Part shown: one piece after another, positions 10,372-18,118 of the stretch
Numbering within the stretch: position 1 is the first letter of the stretch
Layout: the number at the start of each line of letters is the position of its first letter
Assembly: GCA_000002435.2 (NCBI GenBank)
Contig: CM018790.1
Direction: 5' to 3' (one strand)
From: Giardia intestinalis
Taxonomy: Eukaryota
DNA: 64,000 nt
Notes under the pieces: generated by a model
Seen by the model: only the letters and a program-made list of their open reading frames with translations
What the model was told of the DNA's origin: nothing
Databases searched by the model: none
Made by a program: the position numbers and the translations under genes

Positions 10372-11996
10372 GCTTTGGGCCCGGGCGGGCACGCTCTGGC
10401 CTGCAGCGCCGCGACCTTCCAGGGCGTCTCCGGGGCCCGGCGAGGCACACCCGCCGCCGCGGGCTGTGCCGGCCGGCCACAGGCGGCTGCTGTTCGCTTC
10501 CTCGCGACCGCTTGCCACCCAGGGTCCTGCCTGTCGCTGAGGGTCCTCGGATCAGGCCCTGTCTCCGGCCAGCCGATCGAGCCGCTACCGGATCACCAGG
10601 AAGAGCAGACCCACCCATTCTGCGGCCGACACACTACCACTCTCGGAAGCGCTACGCACATAGAGAGTCTACAGCGCACTCAGCCTGACAGCTGTGATGA
10701 GCCAATACTCGACAACGCAGCATAGACAAGGGCACCGTCACGCATAGACGCCTCCACATAGTTTGCTTTGGTTCATTACGGCAAGCTTGCCAGCTGCTGT
10801 CCGACTAAATTACTCAAAGAGAACGGCTGCGGTGGACAACATTCTTGCTCATTGAATTTGAGATCCGATGATTCGGATGCCATCTAGTTCTGGTGGAGAA
10901 AGAGATCTCCATGAGTCCCTGCTGCAGGAATCACCAGTTCAGCTCTTGCACTACTGTTTCAGGGACACTCCGTCCCCTTTGCTTACTCCCCTTGGGCGCT
11001 AGAACTTGGGCACTGCCTATGTCTTGTTACATGGGTCGATGGCGCCCCCAACTTCCGTCGCAATGTCTCGTAGGGACCACCGACGTTAGTAGAGGCGTAG
11101 CTCAGATGGCGAGAGGCTGGGGCCTAACGATTAACATTGCTAAGCGTAAGAGCATCCAGAAGGTATGAAAAGTTTTCTTCCTGGGAACCCAGTCTCGAAA
11201 GAGCGGCTATCTGCAGCCCTCAGGGCGATCGCGAGTACATCAAAGCATCTGAAGCTGGTAATTGATACGCCATATGACTTCTACGAATCCTTCAACGGAC
11301 TGGTCAGGGTCTCTAGCTGAGATACTTGTTTCGGACCTGAAGAAGCCCATTGCGTTTTTGGCTATACAGGACAGCGGCAGCCTGGGGGTCCACCTACTGG
11401 GCGTCTACTACAGCAGCTGGCGGTGCCTGACATCATCGAGTAGATGGGTGCCGGTTGTAGAGAGAGACGGCCTAACGACGAACCGGTCCTGATCGCTTCT
11501 GATGCTTTGGATGACGCCTCGACAGACCGAAGCATCACCCCAAGTGTGCTGTGCAGATGGACCAGCCCACACGTCACTGAGCCAGACACACTGCACAGGA
11601 TGGGCGCCGATGCGGTCTCGTGCTGGGTGACGGAGCACCTCTGCGACCCATGAACCGAGGACTGGACCTCTCCCCTGATACCAGCGCATGGGAGTACTCC
11701 ATCGACATCCACGAATGCGTACCACAACCTCAAGATAGAGGCGCATGGGGAGCGCGCCCTCCCGGTCATACTCGGAACCGATGATCGCTTCATGGGGAGA
11801 CGAAGAGGCACCCGAGGAACGGGGTAGACACCGGGGTCGTGGCGTGCGATCTTTGTCGTAGAGCACCAAGACCTTGAAGTACATGGCCAGAGTCAACTGC
11901 TCTGAGGCCAGATCGCCGTGGATGATGCAGACCCGAGACAACGGATGCTCACTAGACATCAGACGAGAATTGACCCCGACGGGCCAGAGAGAAGGG
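10372..11996. repeat. Left arm of large inverted repeat (partner 18119-19771)
   Basis: Positions 10372-11531 are the exact reverse complement of 18612-19771, with left+right coordinate always 30143. I checked this by direct comparison of 10741-10800 with 19343-19402, and by three identical mirrored ORF pairs (10893-11168/18975-19250, 11262-11492/18651-18881, 10348-10725/19418-19768). From 11532 to about 11996 the arms still align but with many mismatches and indels. Confidence 0.95.
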
Positions 11997-12414
11997 AGGA
12001 ATCCTAGAGGCACCGCAAGAAACAGCAGGGACTCTTAAAAGAGACGGGGCATAGGAGTTCTTCCGCCGGGATTCGAGAACACCCGACTCTCGGATTTCTG
12101 ATCTCAGCTAATGTATGAGTGAGAGACTTGCCTAGAGTGGTGGTGGCTCGCATGAGAGACCACTCAGATAGCAAATGAGAGTAAATTAGGGGACCTTATT
12201 GAAAAAGAAACGGTGACCCGAGCTTCACCCATCGTGAAACAAGACCAAGGAGAAGCGCCATGGGTAGAGCAGAGAGTCTGCGAGAAGGCCTGAACCCCGA
12301 AAGGACCGATGTACGCATTCGGTCTGAGCATGCACCCATGAAACGGTAGAGAAATGTACCGGGCCCTGGATGTATCACTGGAGAGGACCCTCTTGTTATG
12401 TTATCAATGACCAA
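11560..12414 (-). pseudogene. Decayed protein-kinase-domain remnant (NEK-like), left copy
   Basis: Minus-strand ORF 11408-12013 reads ...SRVCIIHGDLASEQLTL (HRDLKxxN-like loop) ...LVLYDKD (DFG position) ...SSPHEAIIGSEYD (APE-like) ...YLEVVV... VLRHPARDRIGAHPV (subdomain XI-like). Upstream ORF 12196-12414 has HPGPGTFLYRF (Gly-loop-like). It is broken by stops and frameshifts. The right arm carries a more degraded copy (AVRHPARDRIGAHPVQCVWLS in ORF 18269-18781). Confidence 0.5.
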
Positions 12415-12523
12415 CAGTCGTCTCTGAACTGGTCAGAGCTTGAGCGAGGATCACACGCAAGATCTCTGGACAATCCTCAGATAGCCCCAGCAGCATAGTG
12501 TAATAAGCTACATACAACAATGC

Positions 12524-12538
12524 GTTTACTACCTAAGT
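12524..12538 (-). promoter_or_regulatory. VSP-type extended polyadenylation signal ACTTAGGTAGTAAAC
   Basis: The minus strand reads TAG ATGT ACTTAGGTAGTAAAC immediately after the VSP stop. This matches the published vsp consensus ACTYAGRTAGTRAAY, which contains the Giardia AGTRAAY poly(A) signal. Confidence 0.85.
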
Positions 12539-12542
12539 ACAT

Positions 12543-15245
12543 CTACGCCTTCCCGCGGCAGAGGAACCACCAACACAAGAAGCCCACAAGACCACCTACA
12601 ACAACGATCACAGCAACAGAGATGCCCGCGATCGCGCCAGTGCTGAGCCCGCTCTTGTTGACGCTTCCGCCGTTGTCAGTGCCATCCGTCTTGACGTAGC
12701 AGATGACAGAACCACTATTACCAGTTGGAGGATCGCAGCTTGCGCAGTTAGCGACACCCTGGATGCTACCGCTTGTCTCTGTACACAGCTTGCATGCTTT
12801 ACTGGCGTCCAAGTAACGGCCAGGTGGACAGGCGCTGCACTTATCGGGTTGATTGGCCACGGTGCATGTGGCACAAGTGGAATCGCATAATGGACACATG
12901 TTCGAGACAGCTGTCAAGCCATTCGCACATGTTTGGCATTTTCCATCCCCAGTGGGCGTTGTGCAGATGCTCTTCCCGGGGAGCCTGTCAGTCTTGTAGC
13001 ATCCGCCCTCCTGGATGAAGTATCCGGCGGCGCAGACCGTGCAAGCACCGTTAGCGGCAGTGGTGCAGAACAGAGTCCTGGCCGCATTGCTCGTGCAGAC
13101 GCCATTGAGCGGCACGTTGCTCCCCTTGCACTTCGAGCAGTACTTGGTACCTCCAATTGTTAGGCCGCACGTCTCGCACTCCGGGCCTTCCACGCATTGC
13201 TCCACGCACGTGCCGCCCTCATTAAGCTTGCTTTCGTCGGCGTACCTCAGCATCTTCCCGGCGGGACAGGCCGTGCACTTGGAAGCGCCGGCCCCGCTGC
13301 ACTCCGCACAGGAGGGGTCGCAGGGCGCGCACGTTTGTCCGGATAGATACGTTCCGACAGGGCAGGCATCTAAGCATGCCTTCTTCGTCGGGGTCAGATG
13401 CTTGCCTGGTTCACACGCCTCGCAAGTCTGCTTGTCCGAGGAGCACGTCTGGCAGTTCTCGATCGGGCAGTCGGCCGGCGCTGGGTTGCACGCCCTGTTA
13501 TCCCCGCTGGCCACGAATCCCGGCTTGCACGCCTCGCACGTCGCCTTGTCCGAGGAGCACGTCTGGCAGTTCTCGATCGGGCAGTCGGCCGGCGCTGGGT
13601 TGCACGCCCTGTTATCCCCGCTGGCCACGAATCCCGGCTTGCACGCCTCGCACGTCGCCTTGTCCGAGGAGCACGTCTGGCAGTTCTCGATCGGGCAGTC
13701 GGCCGGCGCTGGGTTGCACGCCCTGTTATCCCCGCTGGCCACGAATCCCGGCTTGCACGCCTCGCACGTCGCCTTGTCCGAGGAGCACGTCTGGCAGTTC
13801 TCGATCGGGCAGTCGGCCGGCGCTGGGTTGCACGCCCTGTTATCCCCGCTGGCCACGAATCCCGGCTTGCACGCCTCGCACGTCGCCTTGTCCGAGGAGC
13901 ACGTCTGGCAGTTCTCGATCGGGCAGTCGGCCGGCGCTGGGTTGCACGCCCTGTTATCCCCGCTGGCCACGAATCCCGGCTTGCACGCCTCGCACGTCGC
14001 CTTGTCCGAGGAGCACGTCTGGCAGTTCTCGATCGGGCAGTCGGCCGGCGCTGGGTTGCACGCCCTGTTATCCCCGCTGGCCACGAATCCCGGCTTGCAC
14101 GCCTCGCACGTCGCCTTGTCCGAGGAGCACGTCTGGCAGTTCTCGATCGGGCAGTCGGCCGGCGCTGGGTTGCACGCCCTGTTATCCCCGCTGGCCACGA
14201 ATCCCGGCTTGCACGCCTCGCACGTCGCCTTGTCCGAGGAGCACGTCTGGCAGTTCTCGATCGGGCAGTCGGCCGGCGCTGGGTTGCACGCCCTGTTATC
14301 CCCGCTGGCCACGAATCCCGGCTTGCACGCCTCGCACGTCGCCTTGTCCGAGGAGCACGTCTGGCAGTTCTCGATCGGGCAGTCGGCCGGCGCTGGGTTG
14401 CACGCCCTGTTATCCCCGCTGGCCACGAATCCCGGCTTGCACGCCTCGCACGTCGCCTTGTCCGAGGAGCACGTCTGGCAGTTCTCGATCGGGCAGTCGG
14501 CCGGCGCTGGGTTGCACGCCCTGTTATCCCCGCTGGCCACGAATCCCGGCTTGCACGCCTCGCACGTCGCCTTGTCCGAGGAGCACGTCTGGCAGTTCTC
14601 GATCGGGCAGTCGGCCGGCGCTGGGTTGCACGCCCTGTTATCCCCGCTGGCCACGAATCCCGGCTTGCACGCCTCGCACGTCGCCTTGTCCGAGGAGCAC
14701 GTCTGGCAGTTCTCGATCGGGCAGTCGGCCGGCGCTGGGTTGCACGCCCTGTTATCCCCGCTGGCCACGAATCCCGGCTTGCACGCCTCGCACGTCGCCT
14801 TGTCCGAGGAGCACGTCTGGCAGTTCTCGATCGGGCAGTCGGCCGGCGCTGGGTTGCACGCCCTGTTATCCCCGCTGGCCACGAATCCCGGCTTGCACGC
14901 CTCGCACGTCGCCTTGTCCGAGGAGCACGTCTGGCAGTTCTCGATCGGGCAGTCGGCCGGCGCTGGGTTGCACGCCCTGTTATCCCCGCTGGCCACGAAT
15001 CCCGGCTTGCACGCCTCGCACGTCGCCTTGTCCGAGGAGCACGTCTGGCAGTTCTCGATCGGGCAGTCGGCCGGCGCTGGGTTGCACGCCCTGTTATCCC
15101 CGCTGGCCACGAATCCCGGCTTGCACGCCTCGCACGTCGCCTTGTCCGAGGAGCACGTCTGGCAGTTCTCGATCGGGCAGTCGGTCGATACTGATGTACG
15201 GTGAGCCTGTGTCACTGTAAAAACTAGGAGAAATCCTACCAACAT
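12543..15245 (-). CDS. Variant-specific surface protein (VSP) with 38-aa tandem repeats
   Basis: N-terminal signal peptide MLVGFLLVFTVTQA, numerous CXXC motifs, a GGCY motif (IQEGGCYKTD), and a C-terminal TM helix followed by the invariant tail CRGKA. The start context cTAATGTT is Inr-like. Confidence 0.97.
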   Translation of the reverse strand: MLVGFLLVFTVTQAHRTSVSTDCPIENCQTCSSDKATCEACKPGFVASGDNRACNPAPADCPIENCQTCSSDKATCEACKPGFVASGDNRACNPAPADCPIENCQTCSSDKATCEACKPGFVASGDNRACNPAPADCPIENCQTCSSDKATCEACKPGFVASGDNRACNPAPADCPIENCQTCSSDKATCEACKPGFVASGDNRACNPAPADCPIENCQTCSSDKATCEACKPGFVASGDNRACNPAPADCPIENCQTCSSDKATCEACKPGFVASGDNRACNPAPADCPIENCQTCSSDKATCEACKPGFVASGDNRACNPAPADCPIENCQTCSSDKATCEACKPGFVASGDNRACNPAPADCPIENCQTCSSDKATCEACKPGFVASGDNRACNPAPADCPIENCQTCSSDKATCEACKPGFVASGDNRACNPAPADCPIENCQTCSSDKATCEACKPGFVASGDNRACNPAPADCPIENCQTCSSDKATCEACKPGFVASGDNRACNPAPADCPIENCQTCSSDKATCEACKPGFVASGDNRACNPAPADCPIENCQTCSSDKATCEACKPGFVASGDNRACNPAPADCPIENCQTCSSDKQTCEACEPGKHLTPTKKACLDACPVGTYLSGQTCAPCDPSCAECSGAGASKCTACPAGKMLRYADESKLNEGGTCVEQCVEGPECETCGLTIGGTKYCSKCKGSNVPLNGVCTSNAARTLFCTTAANGACTVCAAGYFIQEGGCYKTDRLPGKSICTTPTGDGKCQTCANGLTAVSNMCPLCDSTCATCTVANQPDKCSACPPGRYLDASKACKLCTETSGSIQGVANCASCDPPTGNSGSVICYVKTDGTDNGGSVNKSGLSTGAIAGISVAVIVVVGGLVGFLCWWFLCRGKA
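13432..15184. repeat. Perfect tandem repeat, 114-bp unit x about 15.4 copies, inside the VSP CDS
   Basis: The unit cttgtccgaggagcacgtctggcagttctcgatcgggcagtcggccggcgctgggttgcacgccctgttatccccgctggccacgaatcccggcttgcacgcctcgcacgtcgc recurs every 114 nt. It encodes ADCPIENCQTCSSDKATCEACKPGFVASGDNRACNPAP. All three plus-strand frames give identical translations in every unit, so the copies are identical or nearly so at nucleotide level. Confidence 0.97.
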
Positions 15246-15247
15246 TA
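15241..15247 (-). promoter_or_regulatory. Initiator-like element around the VSP start codon (TAATGTT)
   Basis: The minus strand reads c-TAATGTT-gg. This fits the PyAATGTT initiator described for 'VSP with INR' genes. Position only; no functional evidence. Confidence 0.45.
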
Positions 15248-15878
15248 GCCGGGTTAGTATGCCACTGCTCTTCTGTCAGGCCGGTGTATTGGCCGCGAGC
15301 AGTGAGAGACAGCCGCTCTTGCTCTCTCGATCAGTTGGACTGAAGAAGGATAAGATAGGAGCACGCCCACCGGAGGCCGGCTGATAGTGCAGTTCCCCCT
15401 GACTTCGATAGGAACAGGACCAGTGATGACTAGACTCAGACCGCACCTCTCTTGTGGAATGATTGTTCGGGGCGCACTCCTGTACATTGCTGTCACTGTA
15501 TCACTGGGCCCGCCTGCAAGTGCGCTCAGAGATCCCACGGGTAAGCTGCGCCCACTTCTCGACCGTCCGGAGACGATGGCTAGTTGTGGATAACATACTA
15601 AGAGCTCCTCTCCATCGATGCATCCAGAGCTCAGTGTGGTCCCAGTCGGCGTGCCCTGTCGAGGGTGCTCCATGTCGGCCTCCAGGATCCGGCCTGCTCA
15701 GGGCCATACAAGCCGTTAGTATGCCTCTCCTTGGCCTGCCATCGACAGCTCGCACTGGCCGCCCTGCTCGGGTAGTAGCCAAGGTCACTCCAAAGGGTGG
15801 CTCCGGATTGCAGTTAAGATTAGCGATGGCTGTTGGCTCCACTCCCCGTTCCAACTGCCGCGGAGGGCGCCCTGGGAG

Positions 15879-18016
15879 ATGCTAGTAACAGTGCAGTTAG
15901 CGGCTTTGCAGAGCCGATGGGCGCTGGTGGCATCCCCGTGCTCAGCGGGGGCCTTCAGTGTTATCTACTCTCCCAAGGGATGCCCCTACCTCGCCGTGAG
16001 AGAGATCCGGCTCGACGGTCTGGATCAGCACGGTGTGGATGCTAAAGCGTGGGCTGGTCGCCCTTCTTAACATCTTTCACCTGGGAGTCCTCAAGCACTA
16101 TCAAGTGATTGAAGACGAGGGCCTCATCTACGTCGTCACGGACCGGCACGACAAGACCCTTGAGCGCCTCCTCACCGAGCACAAACGAAGGAAGATCCCC
16201 GTCCCTATCGCTGTGATCCTCTCTGTCATGAAGCAGGTCGCTGCCGCCCTCGCCTACCTCCACGGCCTCAGCGGAGTGGGTGCCGACGGTCGCCCCTACA
16301 AGGGCCTCGTCCACCGCGACCTCAAGCTTGCGAACGTCCTCGTCAGCGCAGATGGTGAACACTTCATCATCGCCGACTTCGGCCTCTGTAAGGACGCCCT
16401 GAGATGCGGGAGCACCATTGCAGGCACGGCAGTATACATGGCCCCCGAGATTCTCCTCCGTAATGAGACCAGCCATGCTTCCGACGTGTGGAGCCTCGGG
16501 GTCATCATTTATGAATTAGTAACTCTGAGGAGACCGGACTTCTTGGGGGGCAAGGAGCCAGCAGAGGTCTTCGTCGACGGGTGGAGGCCGGACCTGAGCG
16601 GTGTCACTGATGGCTTCATAAAGAGTGTTCTGGAGAGGATATTCGTGCTGGAACCAGAGGAAAGACTGACGGCCAGGGAGCTGCACGAGACGCTCACTGC
16701 GGCTGACATCCCAGTTAGTGAGCTGAGGGGCAGTGCGTGATGCTGAGGTACAAGTGCGGATCCTTGGAGGCTGCGCTGAATGGCGCTAACGCCAGGATCG
16801 CGCTGCTGGAAGAGGAGGTTAAGACTAAGTCTACTAAGATTGACGCACTCGAAGAGCAAGGTAAGGAGCACCTAGCCATGATTAAGGCACTGGAGAGTAG
16901 GCTTGCACAGTTCGGTGACAGGATGAACACGACTGACCCTCAGTCCAGCCTCCTTTTGCTGCCCAGGCTGATGCGTGCCGCGCATACGAATAGCATGGAA
17001 ACCGTCTGGATGCTGCTTGAAGAAGGACTCGGCGTTGGCTAGCGTGACGAGCAGGGGCACGTCAGTCCCGTCGAGTTGCTTGTTGGGGAGGAGAGGGGCC
17101 TCCAGGACAGGAACGGCTGGACCCCCTGATGATCACCACAGAGGAGGGCTATGCAAGAGCTGCCTCCCTTCTGGTCCCATATGAGAAGGACCGGATCGGC
17201 AGCGAAGGCAAGACGGCCTTGGTGATTGCGGCAGAGGCAGGACATGGAACTGTGGTGGAGGCCATCGACCCAACCGATGAGAATGGCGTCACGGCGCTCA
17301 TGCGAGCTGTTAATAGAAACTACGTGGGGCCTGTGAAGGCAGTCATACTTAGCCAGAGAAGGAGGAAAACATACAAAGAGGTCATAGCAAGCGGATGGTA
17401 CATGCGCACAGGAACAGCTCTGATGATGGCTGCGGCACATGGATACGCAGAAATAGTAGAACTGCTAGTGGAACACGAAAAGGGGAGAAAGTAGGCGGTT
17501 GGGCCGCTCTCATATTCGCGGCACGGTGCGACCGTTCCAATGACCCCCTGGTGGACTATATTGGGCGCGTTGAGCTTTTGATGGAGTATGAGAGCAATAT
17601 CTCAGGGTGGACGGAGCTCATGTATGCAGTAGCACGAGGGCAGAAGGGAGTGTAGAGCTGCTCAAGCAGGAGACTGGGATACAGAATAACGATCATCAGA
17701 CTGTCCTCACGTGGACGGTGTGCAATGATCACCCAGAGTGTGTCAGGCCCCTGCTGAAGGACGAAGGCTGCATGCAAACGACCAAGGGGGGACCGCCCTT
17801 ATGAACGCAGCATATAGCAACACCGTGGAATGTGCAAGACTTCCTAAAGAAAACGAGAAGGAGCTGAAGACAATTTCTAGCTGCCATGGTCACTCGCCCG
17901 GTACCACTGCCCTCAATATCGCTAAGAAGAAGGATCGCAAAGAGATAGTAGACATCCTCCCAAACGAGATCTACTCTGCTTCATCAAGGTCGGCTTGCCA
18001 GCTCCTGTCCGAGTAA
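15879..18016 (+). pseudogene. NEK-family kinase + coiled-coil + ankyrin-repeat gene, disrupted by multiple frameshifts
   Basis: N-lobe (SAGAFSVIYS...YLAVREIRL) is in frame 0 (15879-16070). The catalytic core (LVHRDLKLANVLV, ADFGLCK, GTAVYMAPE, SDVWSLGVIIYELV) is in frame 1 (16033-16740). The coiled coil (16737-17042) is in frame 0. Ankyrin units (GKTALVIAAEAGH, GVTALMRAV, GTALMMAAAHGYAEIVELLV, GGTALMNAAYS, GTTALNIAKKKDRKEIVDIL) are spread over frames 2, 1, 0 and 2. Confidence 0.8.
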
Positions 18017-18118
18017 ATCCGTCCAGGATCCGGAGTCCGGATGCCGCCCACTCTGGAGAAGAGCCTTGTGCATCCCGCCTAGGAGCCATTGGGTGCTCCA
18101 CTATATGCTTCGGGGCGT

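Noticed and set aside
10278-10725. Arg/Pro/Gly-rich ORFs on both strands of the GC-rich arm tips (mirrored at 19418-19822)
   Set aside because: Overlapping ORFs in several frames and on both strands of a GC-rich block are the expected result of stop-codon depletion. There is no domain and no sensible start context.
11094-11165. tRNA-like string ggcgtagctcagatggcgagagg (mirrored at about 18978-19049)
   Set aside because: It resembles a tRNA acceptor/D-arm 5' half. However, I could not fold an anticodon stem, a T-arm (no GTTCGAATC-like box) or a complementary acceptor 3' strand. At best it is a tRNA-derived fragment.
11800-12013. Reverse-transcriptase reading of the arm ORF (PLGFLPSLWP as a GxPQG-like motif, LVLYDKD as YADD, FLG in another frame), i.e. 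a 5'-truncated non-LTR retroelement
   Set aside because: The spacing between the YADD-like and FLG-like strings is far too short. The same ORF fits protein-kinase subdomains VIb-XI in the correct order much better. It is kept only as an alternative to test by HMM search.
13432-15184. CRISPR-like regular repeat array
   Set aside because: The units are contiguous with no spacers, lie inside a eukaryotic coding sequence and encode a Cys-rich protein repeat.
13015-15220. Three very long plus-strand ORFs (729, 614 and 598 aa) antisense to the VSP
   Set aside because: They lie entirely within the 114-bp repeat. A unit that happens to lack stops in every frame yields open frames when repeated 15 times. 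The products are low-complexity periodic sequences with no start context, so they are artefacts of the repeat.
15254-15885. Overlapping 117-140-aa ORFs on both strands between the VSP start and the NEK pseudogene
   Set aside because: They are mutually overlapping, lack domains and arise from moderately GC-rich composition. They may be further decayed gene debris, but nothing can be supported.
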